Positions 19,376 to 28,711 of a stretch of DNA of 64,000 bases are shown one piece after another. Source of the stretch: an uncultured Acidobacteriota bacterium (GTDB lineage Bacteria > Acidobacteriota > Terriglobia > Terriglobales > Acidobacteriaceae); NCBI GenBank assembly GCA_963699885.1, contig CAVOVP010000014.1, positions 45,856-109,855 on the forward strand, written 5' to 3'. Position numbers and translations under genes: made by a program. Numbering within the stretch: the first letter of the stretch is position 1; each line of letters starts with the position of its first letter. A model generated the notes under the pieces. It had not been told where the DNA came from. It worked only from the letters and a program-made list of their open reading frames with translations, and made no database searches.

Positions 19376-19517
19376 CAGCCTTAGTTGATATGACGCACAC
19401 AAAAAACAGTTCCGAGAATGAGCCGTGCGGTTTTGCTATCTGGTTGGCGGAAGTGACGAAAATCTCCACTTCCGGCAAATTCAGCCGGAAATGGGGCACC
19501 CAGACTTCCGGGCCAAT

Positions 19518-19550
19518 CCCCCCTCGCAAGAGGCACTAGAAAGGGGGCGC
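19518..19550. repeat. palindromic repeat, R2-like variant
   Basis: cccccctcgcaagaggcactagaaagggggcgc. The arms and the central 'tcgcaaga' are similar to the R2 copies. Confidence 0.5.
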
Positions 19551-19567
19551 ATCCGATTTCTGTAGTT

Positions 19568-20917
19568 TTACAAAATCGCAGGGACTGGATTCGGGTTGGG
19601 CGGGATTGCTGTGAGCGGATCTACTTGCAATATGAGGCCGTCGATTCTGCGGACTACTACCATTTGTCCGGCTGCGAGAGGGGACGAGGCAACAGCGTCC
19701 CAGAGTTCTCCGTGGACGAACACTTTTCCTTTTGGCTGCAGAGGTGTTTGCACGACGCCGGTTTCTCCGACCAAGCCTTGCTCTCCGGTGACGATTTTGT
19801 TGCGGCGGGCCCGCAGCGCGATGGTCATGAGGAACGCCGTGATTGCGCCGAGCGGAATGCTAACTGCCAGCGCGGTGAGGAGATGAACGCGCATTTCGGG
19901 GATCGGGGAGTCAACCAGGAGAAGGCCTCCGAGCGTGAGGAGCGCGATGCCTCCGACGGTGAGAACTCCATGGGTTACAAATTTGGCTTCGGCGGCAAAG
20001 AGAGCGAAAGCTCCGAGGATCAGGATCAGCGCGGCGAAGCGGGTCGGGAGAAGATTCAGCGCGAAAGCGGCGACAAGAATGAATACGACGCCGATGGTTC
20101 CGGGGATGACCGCGCCGGGATGATTAAACTCGACATAGAGAGCGAGCGCCCCGATCGCGAGCAGCAGAAATGAGACGTTCGGGTCCATGAGTTCATCCAG
20201 GACGCGCTCTTTGACGGTCATATCGAACGGTGTGATGGTTTGTCCGGAGAGATTGAGGACAGCAGGCTCGCCGTTGAAACGTTTGAAAGTCTTTCCCTGG
20301 AGCTGACGAAACAGATCATCGGGGGACGATGCGATGTAGTCAATGAGATGTTGCGCGAGGGCTTCCTGGTCGGTGAAAGACTTCGACTCGCGGACGGCAC
20401 TCTCGGCGGCTTCTACGTTTCGGCCGCGTTTGGAAGTAAAGGAACGGATGAGGGCAGCCGCATCGTTTTCAATTTTGCGGTTCATCTCGTCGTCGGGTTT
20501 AACCTGCACGGGACCGATGAACGTCACGGGATGAGCGGCGCCGGCTGCGGTTCCGGGAGCCATGGCCGCGATATCTGCGGATTCGAGAATGAAGATGCCT
20601 GCGGACCCGGCGTGTCCTCCAGTGGGAGTGACGTAGACGATGACTGGAACATCGGAGCTCGTAATCTTTTCGACGATTTCGCGGGTGGAACTGATGAGGC
20701 CGCCGGGAGTATTCATCTCGATCAACACGGCCTGAGCATGGGTGCGATGCGCCTCATCGATGGCGCGGGAAATGAACTCGGCGCTGATCGGCTGGATCGT
20801 GTCATCGACGACGATCTTTACGATCTCGGCGGAAGAGGTGAGCGAGCCGAGAACAAGGGATAACAAAGTGATCATTACATTTCGAATCAGACCGGCGGAT
20901 TTGGGCAGAGAGTACAT
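19568..20917 (-). CDS. NfeD-family membrane-bound ClpP-class serine protease
   Basis: EMNTPGGLISSTREIVEKI...VIVYVTPTGGHAGSAGIFILESADIAAMAPGT, a central block of TM helices and a C-terminal OB-like NfeD domain (VFVHGELWDAVAS...VVVRRIDGLILQV). ATG at 20917. The ORF-track extension to 21004 reads through a repeat. Confidence 0.8.
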   Translation of the reverse strand: MYSLPKSAGLIRNVMITLLSLVLGSLTSSAEIVKIVVDDTIQPISAEFISRAIDEAHRTHAQAVLIEMNTPGGLISSTREIVEKITSSDVPVIVYVTPTGGHAGSAGIFILESADIAAMAPGTAAGAAHPVTFIGPVQVKPDDEMNRKIENDAAALIRSFTSKRGRNVEAAESAVRESKSFTDQEALAQHLIDYIASSPDDLFRQLQGKTFKRFNGEPAVLNLSGQTITPFDMTVKERVLDELMDPNVSFLLLAIGALALYVEFNHPGAVIPGTIGVVFILVAAFALNLLPTRFAALILILGAFALFAAEAKFVTHGVLTVGGIALLTLGGLLLVDSPIPEMRVHLLTALAVSIPLGAITAFLMTIALRARRNKIVTGEQGLVGETGVVQTPLQPKGKVFVHGELWDAVASSPLAAGQMVVVRRIDGLILQVDPLTAIPPNPNPVPAIL

Positions 20918-20945
20918 AGGTCCTTCGCTTCGCTGAGGATGACAA
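20918..20945 (-). repeat. half-copy of repeat family R1 (TTGTCATCCTCAGCGAAGCGAAGGACCT on the minus strand)
   Basis: Lies between the ndh stop and the nfeD start, abutting the nfeD ATG. Confidence 0.5.
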
Positions 20946-21004
20946 AGGCGCGGTGGCTCCGATGACAAAACACTCACCGCGCGAGACACAGGACTATTTT
21001 CCAC

Positions 21005-22414
21005 CTATTTGCGGGAAGCGGCGTGGATTTCTTCCGAGGCTGGCTCGGGCGGTGCGATTTTGGCGGAGTTGCCATTCGTCCAGCCGGGAAGATAGGTGCT
21101 GCCTGTAATGAGGCGCGCGCCACGCTCGTAGGTCACGTAGGACCACGCCCACTGGATGAATACCATTAGGCGGTTGCGGAAGCCGATCAGAAAAAGAATA
21201 TGGATGAAGAGCCACGAAAGCCAGGCGATGAATCCGGAAATGTGAATCTTTCCGAATTGTGCGACGGCAGCGGCTCGTCCGATGGTGGCGAGACTGCCTT
21301 TATCCCAGTAATGGAACTTTGGGCGTACGGCAAGATCCCCACCCTCTCGCAAAGAACGCGAGAAGGGTGGCGCACCCAGCGCGGTCGATTTCGGGCTGAC
21401 TCCTGACTCAGTTTCTTTGCGAATGAGTTTCGCGACATAGGTGCCTTGTTGCATGGCGACCGGGGCCACGCCTGGGAGGAGTTTGCCTTGTTCGTCTTTC
21501 GCGGAGGCGAGATCGCCGATGACAAAGATTTCAGGGTGACCGGGGACGGAAAGATCCGGCTGAACGGGAACGCGCCCAGCACGATCAACTGCGACTCCTA
21601 GTTGTTTGCCGAGTGGAGAGGCGGCGACCCCGGCGGCCCACAGAATCACCGTAGCCCGAATGCGCGTGGTTCCCAGATAAGCGGCTCCCGCTTCGATTTG
21701 AGTGACCGTGGTCGAGGTGCGGACTTCGACTCCGAGATGGTTCAGTTGACGCTCGGCGCTACGGGATAAATCTTCGGCATAGGCGGGGAGAATGCGCGGT
21801 CCACCTTCGACCAGCAAGATGTGCGCGCGCGATGGATCGATGGAGCGAAATTCGCTGGCGAGGACGTGCCGGGTGATTTCAGCAAGAGTGCCAGCGAGTT
21901 CGACTCCCGTAGGGCCTCCGCCGACGACGAGAAAATTGACGGTCGCGGCGGTCTCACCGGCCGCGGCTTGCCGCTCGGCCAGTTCGAAGGCCAGCAGTAC
22001 GCGGCGGCGGATTTCGAGAGCATCTTCGATCGTTTTGAGACCGGGGGCAAAGGGCTCCCACTCTTCATGGCCGAAGTAAGAGTGAGTCGCTCCCGCGGCA
22101 ACGATCAGATAGTCGTAGGGAATCGCGCTGTCGGAGGTTTGCACGACGCGGCGTTCGAGATCGAAGCCAGTGACCTCGGCCATCAGAACTTCGATGTTCT
22201 TGTCCGAACGAAGGATCGAACGGATCGGAGCGGCAATCTCACCGGGAGAAAGGCCCGCCGTGGCGACCTGGTACATCAAAGGCTGGAATGTGTGGTAATT
22301 GGTGCGGTCGATAATGGTGACGCGGAGGTGTGATTTCGCCAGAGCTTTGGCGGCATTCAGCCCGCCAAACCCAGCACCAATGATAACCACGCGAGTAGGA
22401 GCTTGATTCGTCAT
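21005..22414 (-). CDS. ndh: type II NADH:quinone oxidoreductase (NDH-2), carrying an apparent in-frame repeat insertion
   Basis: MTNQAPTRVVIIGAGFGGL..., a second dinucleotide fold VVGGGPTGVELAG, and C-terminal DKGSLATIGRAAAVA plus amphipathic helices. The segment SPKSTALGAPPFSRSLREGGDLAV is encoded by an R2 palindrome. Confidence 0.85.
   Translation of the reverse strand: MTNQAPTRVVIIGAGFGGLNAAKALAKSHLRVTIIDRTNYHTFQPLMYQVATAGLSPGEIAAPIRSILRSDKNIEVLMAEVTGFDLERRVVQTSDSAIPYDYLIVAAGATHSYFGHEEWEPFAPGLKTIEDALEIRRRVLLAFELAERQAAAGETAATVNFLVVGGGPTGVELAGTLAEITRHVLASEFRSIDPSRAHILLVEGGPRILPAYAEDLSRSAERQLNHLGVEVRTSTTVTQIEAGAAYLGTTRIRATVILWAAGVAASPLGKQLGVAVDRAGRVPVQPDLSVPGHPEIFVIGDLASAKDEQGKLLPGVAPVAMQQGTYVAKLIRKETESGVSPKSTALGAPPFSRSLREGGDLAVRPKFHYWDKGSLATIGRAAAVAQFGKIHISGFIAWLSWLFIHILFLIGFRNRLMVFIQWAWSYVTYERGARLITGSTYLPGWTNGNSAKIAPPEPASEEIHAASRK
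21337..21377. repeat. palindromic repeat, family R2, located inside the ndh coding sequence
   Basis: ccccaccctctcgcaaagaacgcgagaagggtggcgcaccc. Same architecture as 19345-19375. Confidence 0.65.
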
Positions 22415-22451
22415 CTTGCTGATTTGCACCCCTATATATAAGATTCACGCG

Positions 22452-24029
22452 ATGGCTGACGGTTCCAGAAGTTCTTTCGTAGCAAATCCCAAACAAAACA
22501 CAATGCCCACCTGGGCACGCTGGGTCATGCCTTCAGCGTCCGACTTAATCTTTGTTGCCATATTGATGGTTTTGCTGCTTACTCCGTTGGCTGTGAAATT
22601 ATTGGGCGATGCAGGCATCGGATGGCACATACGAACCGGCCAGCAGATTCTGTCGACCCACGCGGTGCCGCGAACCGATCCATTTTCGTCGACGATGGAA
22701 GGCAAGCCGTGGTTCGCGTGGGAGTGGCTGTTCGACGTGGTGGTCGGGGAACTCGATCACGTTGCAGGGTTGAATGGCGTGACGTGGCTGACGGCGGTAG
22801 TCATCGCCGGAGTGTTCGGATGGATGTTCCGGTTGCTGATCCGGCGGGAGATGAATGTCGCGTATTCGTTGATCCTCATGCTGGTTGCGCTGTGTTCGTC
22901 GACCATCCATTTCTTGGCACGCCCACACGTGGTGAGCTGGCTGTTTACGCTCGCGTTTTTCTGGGTTCTCGACAGCACCGAGCGGAATTATTTCAAGGGG
23001 GTCGGAAGGCATCGCAAGCTGTGGGCTCTGCCGCCGCTGATGCTGATCTGGGTGAACGTACATGGCGGATTTCTGCTCGGGTTCGTGTTGTTGGGAGTGT
23101 TCTGGTTTGGATCGCTGTGGACGTGGTATCGGACGAAAGGCGACGGGATCGATGACGTGCTGCACAAGATTGCGGCAGCGAAGCGCGTTCGCGATCTGAC
23201 ACGAGTCGGCCTGGTTTCGGTGATTGCAAGCCTGATCAATCCGTATGGATGGAATCTACATGCGCATATTGCGTCTTATTTGTCGAACCGATTCCTGATG
23301 GACCATATTGAAGAATTTCAGTCCCCGAATTTTCACGGCGTCGCGCAAAAGTGTTTTCTGATCTTGCTGGTGTTTTCGCTGGGAGTGCTGGTGACCCGCG
23401 GGCGGAAATTGCGGACCAGCGAAGGATTGCTAGTGCTGTTCGTGACGTATGCGGGACTGTATGCGGCCCGGAATATTCCAATTTCTTCGATTTTACTGGC
23501 GATGATCATCGGGCCTTGGATGCCAAGCTACGGAGCGCTCGAGAGGTTCGGCCTGCGGATGAGCGTGATTGAACTGGAGCTGCGCGCTCATTTGTGGCCG
23601 ATTGCCGCCACGCTGGTCACGTTGATGATCGCGATCAACGGCGGACGCCTCGGGTCGAACATCGTGATGGACGCGCACTTTGGACCAAATCGGATGCCGG
23701 TAGAAGCAGCGAATTATCTCGAGGCGCATCAGGCGCAGGGATCGGTGCTGAGTCCGGACTACTGGGGCGGGTATTTTATTTACCGCATGTATCCGGCAGT
23801 GCGGGTGGTACTGGACGACCGGCATGATCTTTACGGCGCGGAATTTCTGGAATCGTATTTGCGGATGATGCATGTGGAGCAGGGCTGGGAAGAATTCCTG
23901 CGGGATCATGATCCGCGCTATGTGGTGATGCCTCGACACGCGCCGTTGGCGAACATTCTGGCAAAAATGCCGGAATGGAATCAAACGTACTCGGACGATG
24001 TGTCCGTCATTTTTGTGCACCGTCCGTGA
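22452..24029 (+). CDS. large polytopic membrane protein, function unknown (possibly GT-C-like)
   Basis: More than 10 hydrophobic segments over about 525 aa. No motif I can name with confidence. Start uncertain (ATG at 22452 or 22503; the ORF opens at 22416 overlapping ndh). Confidence 0.55.
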   Translation: MADGSRSSFVANPKQNTMPTWARWVMPSASDLIFVAILMVLLLTPLAVKLLGDAGIGWHIRTGQQILSTHAVPRTDPFSSTMEGKPWFAWEWLFDVVVGELDHVAGLNGVTWLTAVVIAGVFGWMFRLLIRREMNVAYSLILMLVALCSSTIHFLARPHVVSWLFTLAFFWVLDSTERNYFKGVGRHRKLWALPPLMLIWVNVHGGFLLGFVLLGVFWFGSLWTWYRTKGDGIDDVLHKIAAAKRVRDLTRVGLVSVIASLINPYGWNLHAHIASYLSNRFLMDHIEEFQSPNFHGVAQKCFLILLVFSLGVLVTRGRKLRTSEGLLVLFVTYAGLYAARNIPISSILLAMIIGPWMPSYGALERFGLRMSVIELELRAHLWPIAATLVTLMIAINGGRLGSNIVMDAHFGPNRMPVEAANYLEAHQAQGSVLSPDYWGGYFIYRMYPAVRVVLDDRHDLYGAEFLESYLRMMHVEQGWEEFLRDHDPRYVVMPRHAPLANILAKMPEWNQTYSDDVSVIFVHRP

Positions 24030-24057
24030 TCGGATGAATTTGGCTGTGGGTTCAGTG

Positions 24058-25597
24058 ATGTATTTCTGCCACCGGGTTTCGTTGCCATTGCTGCTGCTGG
24101 CGCTCACCTGGGCATGGCGGGATGCTCGGGATCTTCCTCTCCTTCTCCATCGAATACGTTGACCGCTCCCCCGGGGAATCCCGTAGGCACAAATCTGACG
24201 CAGATCAGCTCCGATCCATATAGCGTTGCGCCGGGACAACACGCGACGGAAGTGGAGCCACACATGTTCGCGAACGGGCAGACGCTGGTCGCGACATTTC
24301 AGACGGGACGCATCCCGCTCGGGGGCGCGACCGATATCGGATGGGCGACATCAACGGACGGCGGCAATACGTGGAGCCACGGTTTCTTGCCTGGATTAAC
24401 CAAGGGAGAGGGAAGTGGGCCGTACGACGCGGCGAGCGACCCGGTGGTTGGCTACGATGCGAAGCATGGTGTATGGATGATCGCGTCGCTTCCGCTGTCG
24501 GGCACGCTGCAGACGCCAGCCGTCACGGTGAGCCGATCGACCGATGGAGGGTTCACGTGGCAGAGTCCGGTGAGTGTCAATCCGACGGCGGAAAATTCCG
24601 ATAAGAATTGGATCGTCTGCGACAGCTGGCCGACCAGTCCGCACTATGGCAACTGCTATGTCGAGTGGGACGATCCGCTGAACGGGGATCAGATTTTGAT
24701 GAACACTTCGACTGACGGCGGACTGACCTGGGGCCCGACGATTTCGACTGCGAACATGGCAGACGGGATTGGAGGACAGCCGCTGGTGCAGCCGAATGGG
24801 ACCGTCGTGGTGCCGATTGAGGTGGAGACGACTGCCGCCGGTCTGATGTCGGCTTACACGTCAAGCGATGGTGGAGCGAGTTGGAGCGCTCCGCTGACGA
24901 TTTCGCCGATTCAGTTCCGCGGAGATGCGGGAGGGATTCGTAGCGGGCCATTGCCAGCGGCGGCGGTGGATGGGGCTGGCATGCTGTGGGTCGTGTGGAG
25001 GATTGCCGGTTCCGAACTAACTGCTCGACCAATGATCTGGTGTATAGCACGTCGTCGGATGGTGTGACTTGGAGCGAGGTGACGCGCGTTCCGATCGACG
25101 ATGTCTCAAGCACGGTCGATCACTTTATTCCAGGAATCGGGATTGATCCGGCGACAGCGGGCGCGGCGGCGCACGTTGGACTGCATTATTACTACTATCC
25201 GCAGAGCAATTGCCAGCCAACCACCTGTCAACTTCTCGTGGGTTACATTTCGTCGGGGAATGGCGGGACGAGTTGGAACACGCCGGTTCCGCTGACGGGT
25301 CCGATGCTATTGAGCTGGCTGCCGACATCGCAGAACGGATTGATGGTGGGAGATTACATCGCAACTGTGTTCAGCAATGGAGTGCCACATGGAGCATTCG
25401 CGGTGGCGCAGGCGAATGCAGGATCGACGTTCAGCGAAGCGATTTACACGGGACAAGGGCTGACGGCCCAGGCAGTGGGACGGCAGTTGTCGGCAGCAAA
25501 GGACAGGCCGCTGCATCACCTGTCGGACAAGATTGAAAAAGAAATGCCGGAGAAGGGCATGAAGCCTCCGCACCGATCTCAACGAAGGTCCAAGTAA
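24058..25597 (+). pseudogene. BNR/Asp-box repeat (sialidase-fold) lipoprotein, frame interrupted once or twice
   Basis: Asp-boxes STDGGNTW, STDGGFTW, STDGGLTW, SSDGGASW, then SSDGVTW and GNGGTSW in the next ORF. The junction ...GAGMLWVVW | EDCRFRTNCSTNDLVYSTSSDGVTW is near 24994-25002 (-1, g run). A good signal peptide (MYFCHRVSLPLLLLALTW, ATG 24058) is out of frame with the lipobox-like GMAGCSGSS (ATG 24114), which suggests a second -1 break near 24105-24113. Confidence 0.65.
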
Positions 25598-25629
25598 TTC
25601 CCATTTCAAGGGCAAGATACTCGCTACTC

Positions 25630-25680
25630 CCGCGAGATCCTTCCCTCCGCCTGAAAAGCGGCTCCGGTCTGGATGACGCA
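25630..25680 (-). repeat. repeat family R1 (reverse orientation)
   Basis: The reverse complement gcgtcatccagaccggagccgcttttcaggcggagggaaggatctcgc matches 12585-12632. Confidence 0.7.
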
Positions 25681-25725
25681 TGAATCCGAGGTTAGGGTGA
25701 CGTCACTGAAGCACGGTGATCGACG

Positions 25726-28276
25726 TTAGAAGCGGTCGTTGGTGTCGATGCCGAAGCCGAGGATGGCGGTGACCCCGACTGGCTGGGTTCCGCGAGAGGC
25801 GGGTTGAAACTTCCAACCGCGAAGGCTGGTAAGAATTTTGGCAGTCATCATGGCTGGGCCTGCTTCCAGGACGCGGATGTTGGTGAGGTTGCCGGAAGCA
25901 TCGAGGCTGCCGGTCACGACCATGCGCGCTCTCTTCAAGCCTTCAGGAAGATCAGTGCGAATCGGCGAAGGAGCCGTGAGCGTCGCTCCGAACGGATGGG
26001 CGGTCGTGGACTCGTCGGCAAATTCCATCACGACAGTGCCCAGAGAAGTGTCCAAGTATGTCGTGTATTTCTCGCCGCGGAGAAGATTCTTGTAAGGCTC
26101 GAAGGCTCCCCCGGAACTTGCTGTTGCAACGACAGTTACACCGAGCGCCTCCCGCTGCTTGGTCGGGGTGTGACCGGGTGCGGTGGGTTCGCCGCCGGGG
26201 GCGGAGTCGGAACCGAAACCGGGAAGAGTGACGATGCTGCTACCGCCGCTGATATCTACGCCACGAACGGGCGGATTCCCGGAAGTCAGATTTCCCGCGC
26301 CGCCTGGGCCGGGAGTGGGAGAGATTCCTGCGCGAGCGGCGGGTTCCGAGCCGCGTCCAGGGCCGCCTTTGGCGGTGCCAGTCCCGTTGCCAGCGACAGA
26401 GCTTCCAGGCCCGTTTCCACGTCCGATGTCGGTGCCACCGCCGCTGCCCCCAAGGCCTGGCTTATCGCCGCCCGAAGGAGACATCGCGAGCGATCCTGTG
26501 CCTGCGGTGGGAGGCAGTCCAACTTTCGAGCCGGGCTGGCTGGAGATCACTGCGCCCGCGCTGGTTCCGCTGCCGCCGTTGGTGGCGGGATTCAAGCCCG
26601 CCCCTACATCGACGGGTGCGCCTAATCCTGCGCCTTTGCGTCCCGAGCCCGATCCTGTGAGGCTGGAGCCACCGCCGACAGACGGGGGCGGTGGAACAAC
26701 ATTATTTGCGAGAAGAGTTCCGCCGGGAGCGCCTGCGCCGCCTCCCGTACTGCCCGTTCCGCCGCCGGGACCACCGAGCGTTGGCGGAGGAGGAACGACT
26801 CCGGGATTGCCGAGATAAGGGGCGGCTCCGTTGCCGCGTGTGCCCGTGCCGCCAGCAGCACCCATAGATGGCGGAGGAGCAACCACACTATTGCCCAACG
26901 ATGCACCAGAGCCTCTGCGGCTTCCACGAGGATTGCCGCTTGTCCCGCTGGTGTTGACGGCAGGTGGTGGCGGGACGACGTTGCTCGCGAGCGACGTTCC
27001 GGCACCGTTGTTCGCGCTACCGGCGTCTACGGATGGCGGCGGGGGGACGACTTCCGTGGCGCCAAATATCTTTCCGATCAAGCTGCTCATGAAAGTTCCG
27101 CTGCCCGATTGCGATGGGGGCGGAGGAACTACATTTTTCGCAGGATCCTGTACGCTTCCGCTGGCCAGACGCCGCATGTCGGGCGAGATGTCGGCGGAAG
27201 GCGGAGGAGCGACGACAGAAGGCGACGGTAAAGAAAGTTTTGGATTGCGCGCCGTCGAACGCTCCGGCGCTGAAACGGGCGGAGGCACAACCGATGCGCT
27301 CGTCATCTGTACAGGAGCACGAGAGATCTCGCGACTCACTGCGCCCGGGGCTGGAGGAATGACGTTTGACGCCAAGGCGGGGCTCGACCGCGACCGATCG
27401 CGAGCCACATCGGGCGCAGGCGCAACCACCGATGGATCGAGCGAGCGAGAGGCTAAGGAGCGATCTCGCGCGATTCGCGGCGCTGGTGCAATCACGCTAG
27501 GAGCCAACGCGGGCGCATCAAATCTTGTGCTCATCCGAAACTGTGGGCGCTGGAGGGATCATGGTTGCGTTGAACGTTGGCGCGGTGAGCGACCGATCGC
27601 GCGTGACGTTGGGAGCAGGAGCGATCACGGACTCGAGTTGAACGCCATTGCGCGTGTAGTCGCGGATGACATTCGGGGCCGGAGCAACGATGTTTGCGGC
27701 CAGGTTCGGCGCAGCCGAACGTGACGAACGCAATCCTTCCGCGGGCGGCGGTCCGGGATCGGGCTTCACCGCCAATAGATTTGCGACTGCCGCGGTCGAC
27801 ACCGGAAGCTTGAGGTTCGGCGCATCGACGATGCGGGGAGTGAGCGAACCTCCGCGGGCGATCTTGATGGTTTGTGTGCGGTGATGCGTTTCCTCGCCGC
27901 CGGCGCGGCCTGCCGCTGCAGCTTCCGCTCCGCCGAGATCTTCGGTGCGGGGAAGTTCGTCGCCGGTGTAATAGATCACATCGTGAGGAGAAATTCTTGG
28001 CGCGACATACGGCCGCAACTCCGCCACTTTGATCTGCACGAAGATAGCGGCGAAGACAATGAAGGCCTCCAGAAAATACGAGGGAAACATGATCCGCATC
28101 GGAATCAAACCGAACGGAGCTTCGCCGGCGAGACGTGCTTCCGAGCGCCGCAGCGCTGGTTTAATCGAACTTAGAAATTCGGTCCACCGCGAAGTCCACT
28201 CGACGAGCAGCTTCGGGCCGTCAGCGGGGAAGTCGCGGATGGTGACGGGCTCTTCGAGTTGGAGAAAACTACTCAT
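25726..28276 (-). pseudogene. ~850-aa single-TM protein with ~14 V(V/I)(A/P)P(A/P)P repeats, a Gly/Pro-rich spacer and a TonB_C-like C-terminal domain; frame interrupted once
   Basis: ORF 27518-28276 (TM FPSYFLEAFIVFAAIFVQIKV, then ...VIAPAPNVTRDRSLTAPTFNATMIPPAPTVSDEHKI*) continues in the +1 frame as DAPALAPSVIAPAPRIARDRS... (ORF 25726-27534). The junction near 27519-27525 (ttt run) restores the ~22-aa repeat register. The C-terminus is ...ILTSLRGWKFQPASRGTQPVGVTAILGFGI. Confidence 0.7.
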
Positions 28277-28671
28277 GCGGTTGGACGGTTGCGGTCCTTT
28301 GCGAGTGTGATTTCAATTCTATCGCCCACCGAGGTTTTCGTTTCAGCAGCTGATATGACACGGCAGTTCCAAGACCGAAGCAGCCTGACTGCGTACCGGG
28401 GCAAATCGCCAGGGCCGCAGCCGAGCCTGGACGTGGATCACAGTGTTGGCACGATCCAGATAGACCACATCGATTGGAAACCCCATCCCTGAGTATGAAC
28501 GCCATGGCAGGGTACGATCCAGAGGCCAGACCCATTACGGAAGTCATCGACCTTGAGGCCAAGCAATCCGCGCAACCGGGTCCAGTGGGTGTCGGCCACA
28601 GCCAGATCGGTGGCGAGGTATGCCTGTCGCGTCTGATTGAAGGCTTGCCCTGCGGTTGAAAGAACTGCCAT
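28273..28671 (-). pseudogene. DUF192-family protein, two compensating frame breaks
   Basis: Frame 1 gives MAVLSTAGQAFNQTRQAYLATDLAVADTHWTRLRGLLG...GLWIVPCHGVHTQG. The -1 frame gives MGFPIDVVYLDRANTVIHVQARLRPWRFAPVRSQAASVLELP. Back in frame 1 it reads ...ISAAETKTSVGDRIEITLAKDRNRPTA*. Junctions are near 28478-28488 and 28355-28370. The TGA overlaps the ATG of the next gene (ATGA at 28273-28276). Confidence 0.65.
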
Positions 28672-28711
28672 GAACTCCCCAGTATCTGTTCTGTCGTACC
28701 TGCTGCGCCGT

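Noticed and set aside
26183-27724. Two long plus-strand ORFs (211 and 297 aa) rich in Gly/Pro/Thr
   Set aside because: They are the complement of the Pro/Gly-rich repeat region of the TonB_C-like gene. Codon complementarity of GGN/CCN repeats keeps the antisense frame open. The minus-strand frame has the TM helix, the periodic repeats and the C-terminal domain.
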